A stretch of DNA of 64,000 bases, taken from positions 40,335-104,334 of the forward strand of contig JAZUBK010000028.1 in NCBI GenBank assembly GCA_045638465.1, given 5' to 3'. Each line of letters starts with the position of its first letter. The stretch's first letter is position 1. The position numbers and the translations under genes are program-made. Origin of the DNA: Clostridia bacterium. Its GTDB lineage: Bacteria; Bacillota; Clostridia; Christensenellales; UBA1242. Below the pieces are notes generated by a model. That model was not told where the DNA came from. It ran no database searches and saw only the letters and a program-made list of their open reading frames with translations. This document shows positions 38,619 through 47,826 of the stretch, piece by piece.

Positions 38619-38813
38619 CGACCAATTGGTCGTATAATCAATATTTACCCTAAAACGGGCTTTAGTTTTTTTTAAAAAAATTCTAACAACTAGCAACTTT
38701 AATTTTCTTATTTTTTGCACCTTTACATTAAAAATATACCCGTCGACCATTTGTTCGGGTTTTGTTAAAAAACGCCTATATTATGCGGGTTGTAGCGTCC
38801 GACCACTTGGGCG
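38619..38813. repeat. three copies of a GC-rich 14-bp palindrome in an ORF-free region
   Basis: CGACCAATTGGTCG (38619-32, perfect palindrome, abutting TATAAT 38633-38). CGACCATTTGTTCG (38744-57, 12/14). CGACCACTTGGGCG (38800-13, 12/14). Confidence 0.6.
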
Positions 38814-39161
38814 GTAATTGAATTTTAGATTTTTTTTGAAGGGCTAGTTTTTGCAACCAAAATAAAGAAATTTATACAAGTTTTTTGAAGAGAAAAATTG
38901 CTCAATTTTTGCTTGGTTTTTAGTTTGGTTTTTGGTTGTTTTTAGAAGGTTATTTGGCTAGTTTTTATGTCATTATTTTAGAGAGTTTTTAGGGTAAAAA
39001 TCGCATAGCAAATAAACTAAAAACAATATCCTCTCATTCAAATAATACTTAAAGTATATTCGTCGGTATTTTAAAAAATATATTGCTCGGGGCTTTTTTA
39101 TATTCTATATGTTTTGCAAATTTTTTATTGCATGTTACAATCAAAGTGTAAGGAGTATGTT

Positions 39162-40175
39162 ATGAAAAAAGCACTTAAAATTATCGCTATAGTTTTTGGC
39201 TGTATCGTACTTGCGTCGGGTATATTTTTATCAGTGTGGTTCTTTTGGCCATGGAACTCAGCCTTCTTTAAAAACGCAAAAAAGGAATTTGAAATACCAG
39301 GGTTAGACTCAGCTTTTGTGCCTCAAGCTTTTACAAAAATAGACGGCATAAGCAAATACATAATTGGCGGCTATATGTCTGACGGCACACCATCTAGATA
39401 TTATGTTGTAGATAAGACCAGTGGCAAAGCCGTAAAATATTTTACTTTGTCTATAGACGCAAAAGACTATACAGGACATGCTTGTGGCATAGCATCATCT
39501 CAAGATAATATTTGGATCTGTTCAAAAAATAAAGATGGAGAGGGTCAAGTTTATAGATTCAATTTGCTTGATGTTTTGGACGTAGAAAACAAAGGTGTTG
39601 TAAATGTTATTGATTACTTCCCTTCTTTTAATGGAGCAGATAATATAACAGTAAGCAACGGATTTTTGTGGGTAGGCGAATTTTACCGTAAGGGTAATTA
39701 TGAAACAGAACGATCACACAGAATTAAAACCAGAAGCGGAGAACAAAACCCGGCTGTTGCAATCGGGTATGAAATTTCTGACTTTGCAAATTACGGACTT
39801 GTAGATACTATACCTGATCTTGCACTATCAACGATAGGGCTTGTTCAAGGTATGACTTTTGCAGATGATGGCAAAATTATTTTGTCTACTTCATACGGAC
39901 TTGGCGACTCTAATATTTATAGTTACAAAAATGTTTTGAGCGAATCTCAACATTCTACTATAGATATAGAAGGCGTAGAAATACCGCTGTGGTTTTTGGA
40001 CAATGAATCATTAATCAAAAAGACCAATGCTCCCGCTATGACAGAAGAGATAATAATTGACGATGACAAATTGTTTATCTTATCAGAAGCCGCTTGTAAA
40101 AAATATAAGTTGTTTACTAGAAAAAAAGTAAAGCATGTTTATAGCCTTCCTTTAGATTATGTACTAATTAAATAA
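39162..40175 (+). CDS. hypothetical N-terminally anchored extracytoplasmic protein (337 aa)
   Basis: Start at ATG 39162 (AAGGAG upstream). Signal-anchor KIIAIVFGCIVLASGIFLSVWFFW. Strand-rich body, possibly propeller-like. No family named. Confidence 0.6.
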   Translation: MKKALKIIAIVFGCIVLASGIFLSVWFFWPWNSAFFKNAKKEFEIPGLDSAFVPQAFTKIDGISKYIIGGYMSDGTPSRYYVVDKTSGKAVKYFTLSIDAKDYTGHACGIASSQDNIWICSKNKDGEGQVYRFNLLDVLDVENKGVVNVIDYFPSFNGADNITVSNGFLWVGEFYRKGNYETERSHRIKTRSGEQNPAVAIGYEISDFANYGLVDTIPDLALSTIGLVQGMTFADDGKIILSTSYGLGDSNIYSYKNVLSESQHSTIDIEGVEIPLWFLDNESLIKKTNAPAMTEEIIIDDDKLFILSEAACKKYKLFTRKKVKHVYSLPLDYVLIK

Positions 40176-40292
40176 TGGCAAAAAAAGAGCAGTCGCAACC
40201 TGCTCTTTATTTTTTTACATTTTACCCTTCTTTGTTTGTTTGATAAAAAACAGTTATGATATAATATAGACAGAAAAAGGAGTTATTTGTTT

Positions 40293-40928
40293 ATGGAAAA
40301 TATTGATATTAAAATAAACTGCCATAGTTCTATTTGTATAAACGGTGATGTATACATTGACCCATACAACATAAACGAAGTAAAGAAAAACGCAAAATGT
40401 ATTTTTATCACTCACCCACACTATGACCATCTTGATATGCCTAGCATAAAAAATATTGCTACTGCAGATACTATAATTGTTGGAACAAAAGACAGTATCG
40501 ATATGCTAAAGGAAGAAGGTTATGATGACGACAACCTAAAAGTAATCAAAGCGGGGTTTGAGGGTTGTGCTTACGATATTAATTATTCTACATTTTTGTC
40601 TTATAACCTAAATAAAAAGTTTCACCCAAAAGAAAATGGCTGGGTTGGATATACTCTAGATATTAACGGCACTAAAGTTACCATCTGCGGAGATAGTGAC
40701 AACACCCCAGAACTAAGAAATATCAAAACAGACATATTGCTTGTACCAGTTGGCGGGACATATACTATGACAGCAAAGGAAGCGGCTGACCTTTGCAACA
40801 CCATAAAACCAAAACTTGCCATACCTACACACTATGGCTTTATCGTAGGAAACAAAAACGACGGAAAAGACTTTTGCGATAACGTAAAAGGAATAGAAAC
40901 TCAAGACATAATTGCTAAAGAGAAGTAA
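40293..40928 (+). CDS. MBL-fold metallo-hydrolase
   Basis: ITHPHYDHLD (HxHxDH) motif and a downstream CGDSD/His pattern. Confidence 0.85.
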   Translation: MENIDIKINCHSSICINGDVYIDPYNINEVKKNAKCIFITHPHYDHLDMPSIKNIATADTIIVGTKDSIDMLKEEGYDDDNLKVIKAGFEGCAYDINYSTFLSYNLNKKFHPKENGWVGYTLDINGTKVTICGDSDNTPELRNIKTDILLVPVGGTYTMTAKEAADLCNTIKPKLAIPTHYGFIVGNKNDGKDFCDNVKGIETQDIIAKEK

Positions 40929-40943
40929 CCCTTCTCTTTTTTA
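40919..40943 (+). terminator. intrinsic terminator after the MBL gene
   Basis: AGAGAAG/CTTCTCT hairpin spanning the stop codon, then a T-run. Confidence 0.65.
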
Positions 40944-41054
40944 TTTATTATATAAACGGCAACAAAATAAATATCTATTAATAAAGAAAAGTTTGTTAAA
41001 GCTTTGGTAAAAATATAAAAATGTGCTACATTATTTGTAGGAGCGATTTTAGAA

Positions 41055-42155
41055 ATGGAAATTACAAAAATTGCAATTACTGGCGGTCCATGTGGAGGCA
41101 AAACAACTGGCCTTAGTTATATCGAAAGATATTTTACTAAACTAGGCTATAAGGTTGTATTTATTGGTGAAACTGCGACCGAACTTATTTTGAGCGGACT
41201 TAATGGAAATACTTTTGAAAATAATGCAGAGTTTGAAAAAAGTATTATTAAACTGCAACTATTAAAAGAACAATATTATTATGATATCTGCAAAACACTT
41301 CCGTATGATAAAGTGTTGCTTGTTTGCGACAGGGGTGGTATGGATTGCAAAACATACACCAGCGCCGAAGACTTTGCAAAGATTCTTGAGGAACTAAATT
41401 TATCTGAAGTAGACCTAAGAGATAACTATGACGGAGTTTTTCATCTAGTAACAGCGGCAAAAGGTGCAGAAGAGTTTTACACCACCGCAAACAATAATGC
41501 TAGACAGGAAACTTTGGAAGAAGCGGCAGCTCTTGATGACAAAACAATTAATAGTTGGACAGGTCACCCACATCTTAGAGTTATTGACAACTCAACAAAT
41601 TTTGAAAACAAACTAAAAAGACTCGTTCAAGAAATTTGCGGTTGCATCGGTAAGCCCGTACCTTTTGAGATAGAAAGAAAATTTTTGATTGAAAAACCAG
41701 ATCTTGAAATTCTAGATAGTTTGCCAAACTGCAATAAGGTTGATATTATACAAACTTATCTTCAAACAGACGGAGATGAAACACGTATAAGACAAAGAGG
41801 AAGTAATGGCAATTATATTTATACCATTACCACAAAAAAGACTATAAGCAAGTCAAAGCGTATCGAAAATGAAAGACGCATAACCGAAAGAGAATATCTA
41901 ACCTATCTTACCACTGCAGACACCTCTATGCACCAAATCAAAAAGACACGCTATTGTTTGATGCATGATAACAAATATTTCGAAATAGATATTTACCCAT
42001 TTGCAAAAAATAGAGCTATTTGCGAAATAGAACTTTTGAGTGAGGACGAAAGCTTTGATTTCCCACCTTTTATCAAGGTTGTGAAAGAGGTAACCGAAGA
42101 TAAGAGTTTTTCTAACTACTCTTTTGCAAAGACAATACCAGATGAAATGAACTAG
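41055..42155 (+). CDS. P-loop ATPase/kinase (AAA_28/NadR-like) fused to a CYTH domain
   Basis: Walker A ITGGPCGGKTT and GETATELI in the N-terminal half. The C-terminal half starts with the CYTH signature FEIERKFLI (ExExK) and contains CEIELL. Confidence 0.75.
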   Translation: MEITKIAITGGPCGGKTTGLSYIERYFTKLGYKVVFIGETATELILSGLNGNTFENNAEFEKSIIKLQLLKEQYYYDICKTLPYDKVLLVCDRGGMDCKTYTSAEDFAKILEELNLSEVDLRDNYDGVFHLVTAAKGAEEFYTTANNNARQETLEEAAALDDKTINSWTGHPHLRVIDNSTNFENKLKRLVQEICGCIGKPVPFEIERKFLIEKPDLEILDSLPNCNKVDIIQTYLQTDGDETRIRQRGSNGNYIYTITTKKTISKSKRIENERRITEREYLTYLTTADTSMHQIKKTRYCLMHDNKYFEIDIYPFAKNRAICEIELLSEDESFDFPPFIKVVKEVTEDKSFSNYSFAKTIPDEMN

Positions 42156-42169
42156 GAGAGCAAAAAATT

Positions 42170-42433
42170 ATGCTTTGGAAAGAAATAATCGGAATAATTG
42201 CTACGCTTTTAATTCTTGTATCTATGCTTTTCCATACGCTTACATACAAAGGCAGCCTATATATGCGTATTCTTAATATTATAGGTTCAGTTGTTTTTGT
42301 TATATATGGAGCGTTACTTCCTGCTATCAGCACTGCCGTTTTGAACGGAGCGTTGATTGTGGTTAATGGGTATCATTTATACAAACTAATAAAAGAACAT
42401 AAAAATCAAAACACTGATGAGGAGAAAAAATAA
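42170..42433 (+). CDS. YgjV-like 3-TM small membrane protein (87 aa)
   Basis: Three helices. MRILNIIGSVVFVIYG...LNGALIVVNGYHLYKL resembles one repeat of YgjV-family proteins. AGGAGAG RBS. Confidence 0.5.
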   Translation: MLWKEIIGIIATLLILVSMLFHTLTYKGSLYMRILNIIGSVVFVIYGALLPAISTAVLNGALIVVNGYHLYKLIKEHKNQNTDEEKK

Positions 42434-43089
42434 TGAAAAAGTTTTTTGAAGAATTTAAAAAATTTATTACTAGAGGCAACGTCCTTGACCTAGCTGTCGG
42501 CGTTATCGTCGGCGGTGCTTTTACTGCTATAGTAAATGGCTTATCAAACAATGTAATCAGACCATTAATCAACTGGCTTATCGCACTAGTTGGAGGAAAA
42601 GAAGGTCTTGCATCTGCAGTTACATATTTGTCTAAGGCTTACACAAAAAATGCTGAAGGCGAAACAATAATTGACCTAGCTAACAGCATCTATATCGACT
42701 GGGGTGCTTTTATCGCCGCTATTATTGATTTCTTTATTATTGCTTTTACTGTATTTATGATTGTAAAACTTATTAACCTATCTAGAGAAAAATTCAAAGA
42801 ATTTGGTGACCTAATTGAAAAAGAAAGCAAAAAAGAAGTAATCAAAGAAAAGAGAAAATATAGAAAACTAGCTAAAGAACAAGGCAAAAAGTTCAAAGAT
42901 GTATGGGCAGAAAGACTAGCAGAAAAAGAGGCTGCACTTCAAGAGGCTAAAAAGTTAGAAGAAGAAAAAGCAAAACTTGAGGCAGAAGAAAAAGCAAAAC
43001 TAAATCCTTCTCAAGAAACATTGCTAAAAGAAATACGAGATCTTCTAAAAGCCCAAGTAGAAACAAAGAAAACAAAATCAACAAAATAA
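42433..43089 (+). CDS. mscL: large-conductance mechanosensitive channel with extended loop and Lys/Glu-rich tail
   Basis: FKKFITRGNVLDLAVGVIVGGAFTAIVNGL..IRPLI is the MscL signature. TAATG overlap with the upstream gene. Confidence 0.92.
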   Translation: MKKFFEEFKKFITRGNVLDLAVGVIVGGAFTAIVNGLSNNVIRPLINWLIALVGGKEGLASAVTYLSKAYTKNAEGETIIDLANSIYIDWGAFIAAIIDFFIIAFTVFMIVKLINLSREKFKEFGDLIEKESKKEVIKEKRKYRKLAKEQGKKFKDVWAERLAEKEAALQEAKKLEEEKAKLEAEEKAKLNPSQETLLKEIRDLLKAQVETKKTKSTK

Positions 43090-43153
43090 TAATTAAAAGG
43101 GAGGCATTTTTTAGAAATTAAAAAGTGCCTTTTTATAAATAAAGGAATTGTTT

Positions 43154-43666
43154 ATGGAAAAACAAAAAATCTTGCCAACCACTCTACTTCTTGTTATTAA
43201 AGACAACAAAATTTTACTTGCGTGTAAAAAGCGTGGTTTTGGAATCGGAAAATATAATGGCGTTGGCGGAAAACTAGAAAGTGGCGAAAGTGTTGAGCAA
43301 GGCATGATAAGAGAAACTTTTGAAGAAATAGGTATCGTTCCAAAAGATTATGAGTTAAGAGGCGTTATTGCCTTTGACGAATATTACAAGGGAGAGCCTG
43401 TGCTTGAGGTTACACATATTTATGTAGCAAGTAACTTTGACGGAGAGCCTCAAGAAACAGACGAAATGAAACCTTTTTGGTTTGACCTTGACAAAGTGCC
43501 TTATGATAAGATGTTTCCTGATGATAAGTATTGGCTACCGCTAATAATAGAAGGCGAATATGTTGTGGGAAACTTCAAGTTTGACAAAGACTTTAATAAG
43601 TTGGAGCACAATATCGAAAAAGCAACAAAACAACAACTAATGCAAATGTTTTTCAAAGGAGAATAA
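43154..43666 (+). CDS. NUDIX hydrolase (MutT-like)
   Basis: NUDIX box GVGGKLESGESVEQGMIRETFEEIGI. Confidence 0.85.
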   Translation: MEKQKILPTTLLLVIKDNKILLACKKRGFGIGKYNGVGGKLESGESVEQGMIRETFEEIGIVPKDYELRGVIAFDEYYKGEPVLEVTHIYVASNFDGEPQETDEMKPFWFDLDKVPYDKMFPDDKYWLPLIIEGEYVVGNFKFDKDFNKLEHNIEKATKQQLMQMFFKGE

Positions 43667-43667
43667 T

Positions 43668-44141
43668 ATGCCTACAGATATTAATTTTAGCGAAGAAAAC
43701 AACAGATTTAATTTTAGAGTGGCAGCATACATCACATACAAAGACAAAATGTTAATTCAAAAAGATGATGTGGTTGACTTTTTTAACTTGCCTGGCGGTA
43801 GGGTAAAAATAAATGAAAACACCAACTCTGCTATAAGAAGAGAACTAAAAGAAGAACTAGAGCTAAAAGATATCTCGCCCAAGCTTATGTACGTTGCAGA
43901 AAACTCTTTTACCTGGCAAGGCAAACACGTGCAAGAACTTTTGTTTGTGTATCACCTAGAGCTTACAGAAGAAGAATATAATTTTTTGCCAAATGGTAAA
44001 AAGATTGCAGATACAGATTCTGAGAAAATTTATTGGGTCTCAAAATCAGAAGTTAAAAAGAAAAAGTGTCTACCTACTTTAATTTATGATTTGCCAAAAT
44101 TAGATGTGGGAGCAATCACTCACAATATAAGTATCAGCTAA
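43668..44141 (+). CDS. NUDIX hydrolase
   Basis: NUDIX box PGGRVKINENTNSAIRRELKEELEL. AAAGGAG RBS. Confidence 0.85.
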   Translation: MPTDINFSEENNRFNFRVAAYITYKDKMLIQKDDVVDFFNLPGGRVKINENTNSAIRRELKEELELKDISPKLMYVAENSFTWQGKHVQELLFVYHLELTEEEYNFLPNGKKIADTDSEKIYWVSKSEVKKKKCLPTLIYDLPKLDVGAITHNISIS

Positions 44142-44151
44142 AGGAGTTTTT

Positions 44152-44679
44152 ATGAAAAAAGTTAATTTATACATACCAAAGGTAGAAGATTTGTGGTTTA
44201 GACAACTTTGTATGAAAGACCCAGAAACTATGAGTTACAACGCAGGTTATGATGTATCTTATGAAGGATACCATTATGATACTGGCTGCATAGATTTTCC
44301 AGAAGAAAAATGGGAATTTTGGCTAGACTCAAAGTTAAACGACAAAAATTCTTTTTATGCATATATTCAAGATAGCGAAAGTGAAAATTTTGTAGGTTAT
44401 CTAAACTATCACAAAATAGATGACGGCCGCTATATGATGGGTATAGTTATCCACTCAAAATTCCAAGGTCAAGGGTATATGAGACCTGCGATGAAAGTTT
44501 TTATCGAAAGAGCAAAAGCAAACGGCGTTGACGCCCTTTATGATTCGGTGCCACTTTCTAGAGAAAAAGCACTAAAAGTATTTTATGACCTAGGCTTTGT
44601 TATAACTCAAGAGTTTGAGTCTAAGAAATTCGGCAAACCCGACCCTTGCGTAGAGATAATGCTAGATTTAAATAAATAG
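44152..44679 (+). CDS. GNAT-family N-acetyltransferase
   Basis: Acetyl-CoA motif FQGQGYMRPAMKVFIERAK. Confidence 0.75.
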   Translation: MKKVNLYIPKVEDLWFRQLCMKDPETMSYNAGYDVSYEGYHYDTGCIDFPEEKWEFWLDSKLNDKNSFYAYIQDSESENFVGYLNYHKIDDGRYMMGIVIHSKFQGQGYMRPAMKVFIERAKANGVDALYDSVPLSREKALKVFYDLGFVITQEFESKKFGKPDPCVEIMLDLNK

Positions 44680-44784
44680 TGTCTATTTACAAAAATACAT
44701 TATGCCAAACCTAAACGCTTTACAAAAAAGCGAATAAAAACTATAATATGATAGTAATATCTAAATTTAAAGGAGATTTTTTTG

Positions 44785-45189
44785 ATGAATCACGCAAAAC
44801 TAAAAACAATCACTCATGACATTGCCTTTTTTGTACTTGTATTTTCACTTGCTACAATTATCATAACATACTCTACTAGCCTTCCTCTTGCGACAGACTA
44901 TCTAGAAAAAACAATATTTATTTTCTTTGTTTGCTGCGCTGGTATAGCTACTACAGCTTTGATTGCAAGACAATTTATTGTAAATAGATTAATCAGCAAT
45001 ATTATCAAATATATGCTTATTGTATTCGTTTTACTTTCTTCAGTTTTTGCATTTATCTTTGCTGGTTTGTTCTCTGGTTATATTTATGTTTTTGCTTCAC
45101 TTCTTGCAGGACTATTTATCTACCTATCTGTTATCGAACTTATCCTAGCAAAAAAATTCACAGCAGAAAACAGAGATAAAGAAATTTAA
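44785..45189 (+). CDS. hypothetical 4-TM membrane protein
   Basis: AAAGGAG 8 nt upstream of ATG 44785. Four hydrophobic helices. Confidence 0.55.
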   Translation: MNHAKLKTITHDIAFFVLVFSLATIIITYSTSLPLATDYLEKTIFIFFVCCAGIATTALIARQFIVNRLISNIIKYMLIVFVLLSSVFAFIFAGLFSGYIYVFASLLAGLFIYLSVIELILAKKFTAENRDKEI

Positions 45190-45290
45190 TAAGCAAACTT
45201 ATATAAAATTAACAAGAGTATATTTTACTCTTGTTTTTTTATTATGATTTTTTTTGTTTTGTGCTATAATCTTGGTATAGGAGAATAATT

Positions 45291-46193
45291 ATGGAAAAAG
45301 TAGTATTAATCGGTTGTGGAAACGTAGGTATGAGTTATGCATATAGCTTACTTAATAGTTATGTACATTTGGACGAACTTGTTTTGATAGATATAAACAA
45401 AGATAAAGTTGAAGGTGAGGCTTTGGATTTGCAACACGCAGCCTCTGCCCTAAATAAAAAGATAACTATTAAAGCAGGTAACTACAAAGATTGCAAAGAT
45501 GCAAATATTGTTTGTATTTGTGCCGGTAGAAACCAAAATGTTGGCGAAACTAGACTTGACCTTATACACAAAAACTATGAAGTTTTTAAAAGTATTATTG
45601 GCGAGATAAATAAAACAAAGTTTAGTGGAATATATCTTATTGCGACAAATCCACTAGATGTTATGACCCATATAACTCAGAAGTTGTCTGGTTTTCCTAA
45701 AGAGCGTGTAATTGGTAGCGGAACTACTCTTGATACTGCAAGATTGAGAGATCTTATCAGTAGAGAGCTTGACCTGAACCCAAAAAACATTCACGCATAT
45801 GTTGTGGGAGAGCATGGCGATAGCGAGTTTATACCTTGGAGCAATGCAATTATTGGTCTAAACAGAGCAAGTCTATATCTAAACCAAGAAGTTCGTGATA
45901 ACATACTAAACGATGTAAGAAACAGCGCATATGATATCATAAACAAAAAAGGCAATACTTGTTATGGGATAGGTGTTTGTCTTAGAAATATCACAAAAGC
46001 AATCTTAGAAAATAGTAAATCCATCTTTACTGTTTCATGCTATGATGAGGCTAACGATATTTATATTGGACTTCCTGCTATTATTGGTAAAAACGGCGTT
46101 GATCAAGTATGCAACTTAGAGATGACCAAGGAAGAAGAAAGACAATATAATAAGTCTGTAAAAAGCATAAAGTCTGCTATTGATAGTTTGTAA
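45291..46193 (+). CDS. ldh: L-lactate dehydrogenase
   Basis: GCGNVG Rossmann motif, AGRNQNVGETRLDL (Gln at the LDH specificity position), GEHGDSEFIPWS. TGcTATAAT upstream. Confidence 0.9.
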   Translation: MEKVVLIGCGNVGMSYAYSLLNSYVHLDELVLIDINKDKVEGEALDLQHAASALNKKITIKAGNYKDCKDANIVCICAGRNQNVGETRLDLIHKNYEVFKSIIGEINKTKFSGIYLIATNPLDVMTHITQKLSGFPKERVIGSGTTLDTARLRDLISRELDLNPKNIHAYVVGEHGDSEFIPWSNAIIGLNRASLYLNQEVRDNILNDVRNSAYDIINKKGNTCYGIGVCLRNITKAILENSKSIFTVSCYDEANDIYIGLPAIIGKNGVDQVCNLEMTKEEERQYNKSVKSIKSAIDSL

Positions 46194-46265
46194 ACAATCC
46201 GCTGCTCTCTTATTGCCAAAAACATTTCTTTTGCAATAAGTTTAGGACAAAATATTGAGGTGCTT

Positions 46266-47009
46266 ATGTATAAACTTTATAAAAAAAGTGAAATATGGTT
46301 TTCTGTTGTTTTAATAATCGTGTACATCGTGGGGACAATAATTTTTTATAACATTGCAGCGGCGTTTAAAATTACCAACTTTTTGACACCTTTGTTTTAT
46401 GCTTCTATATCTGTTTTATTGCTTATCTTTATTTTGAAAAACAAACTAAAAACAAAGTACGGTATATGTAAATCGCCATTTGAGATGAAATACTTTTTGT
46501 TTTTTATTCCGCTGGTTGTTCTTGTTTCTATAAACTTTTGGTTTGGGGCACAATCAAGCCTTGGCTTTCTAGATTCTATGATGTTTATTGTCACTATGCT
46601 TTGTGTTGGCTTTTTAGAAGAAATTATTTTTAGAGGCTTTTTATTTAAGGCAATGGAAAAAGATAGCCTAAAGTGGGCAGTTATTGTTAGTAGTTTGACT
46701 TTTGGGTTCGGACATATAATCAATTTGTTTGTTGCGGGAGCGGATATTTTGACAACTATACTTCAAATATTCTATGCCACAACAACAGGCTTTTTGTTTG
46801 TAATAATTTTTTATAAAGGGAAAACGCTACTTCCTTGTATCATAACCCATAGTTTGTTCAACTCTCTATCACTATTTGCAGCAACCATTTCCACCACCCT
46901 TAACATAATTACTGCGGTGGTTATAATGGCTTTGACCTTGGCTTATGCGATAGTTTTGATTAAAATATTACCAAAGCAAGAAAGTACAATAAATACTAAC
47001 AAAAAATAA
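46266..47009 (+). CDS. CPBP-family intramembrane glutamic endopeptidase
   Basis: EEIIFRGFLF, FGFGH, HSLFN motifs. Confidence 0.85.
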   Translation: MYKLYKKSEIWFSVVLIIVYIVGTIIFYNIAAAFKITNFLTPLFYASISVLLLIFILKNKLKTKYGICKSPFEMKYFLFFIPLVVLVSINFWFGAQSSLGFLDSMMFIVTMLCVGFLEEIIFRGFLFKAMEKDSLKWAVIVSSLTFGFGHIINLFVAGADILTTILQIFYATTTGFLFVIIFYKGKTLLPCIITHSLFNSLSLFAATISTTLNIITAVVIMALTLAYAIVLIKILPKQESTINTNKK

Positions 47010-47182
47010 CAAATCAAGAGCTAAAAGATTATTTAGCTCTTTTTTTATAATCAAAAAATTGTTTAGGTGGCAAACTTCGGCATATATTTTCAAATCGGAA
47101 AATACGTAGAGTTTATTTTGCCTTTTTGAGTTATTGTTTTGGGTTTTATATGATATACTTTAGACAGAGAAGGAGATAAATA

Positions 47183-47788
47183 ATGGAATATAGCAAAATT
47201 GGTCAGTTTATCGCAAATCAACGCAAAGCAAAAAAACTCACTCAAGCAAAACTTGCTGAACAATTATTTGTTAGCGAAAAGACAGTGTCAAAGTGGGAAA
47301 ATGGAAAAGGTATTCCCGACACAAACTCTTTGCCAAAACTATGTGAGATTTTGGGTGTAGGTTTAAATGAACTTTTGAGTGGAGAAAAAATGGATACAAA
47401 AAATGACAAACAAGCAAGTGAACAACTTTTGCTTAGCATGTCAAAAGAACTAGAGTACAAAAACAAAACAATTTGGACATCTATGTGGGTGATAATGATT
47501 GTAAGTATGATATCTTTACTTGCGGGACTTTTTATTGCTGCTTTTTTAATACCAGAAGGAATTTTTCAACTATTAACAATATTGGGTGTATGTATTTTAT
47601 TTTTAGTGCCTTGCTTTTACGCTTTGAAACTTGAAGTTTCGGTCGGAGCTTATAAATGTAAAAAGTGCGGTTGCGAAATTGTACCTTCTTATAAACAGGT
47701 GCTTGGGGCAATGCACAGCGGAACTACACGTTATCTAAAATGCCCTAACTGCAATCAAAGATCTTGGTGTAAAAAAGTAATAAAATAA
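47183..47788 (+). CDS. XRE-family HTH regulator with 2 TM helices and a C-terminal zinc ribbon
   Basis: HTH_3 pattern (KKLTQAKLAEQLFVSEKTVSKWENGKGIPD), two TM helices, CKKCGC...CPNCNQ. Confidence 0.8.
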   Translation: MEYSKIGQFIANQRKAKKLTQAKLAEQLFVSEKTVSKWENGKGIPDTNSLPKLCEILGVGLNELLSGEKMDTKNDKQASEQLLLSMSKELEYKNKTIWTSMWVIMIVSMISLLAGLFIAAFLIPEGIFQLLTILGVCILFLVPCFYALKLEVSVGAYKCKKCGCEIVPSYKQVLGAMHSGTTRYLKCPNCNQRSWCKKVIK

Positions 47789-47826
47789 GTATTTAATTAA
47801 TATATCTTTTGTGGTATAATAAAAGT

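Noticed and set aside
38572-38858. The TTTTGCACC-type strings as DnaA boxes, or the region as an origin or iteron array.
   Set aside because: There are only two or three near-matches to TTWTNCACA, with wide (about 140 bp) spacing. No dnaA/dnaN or rep gene is nearby. TTTTTGCAA-like strings are common elsewhere in this AT-rich window.
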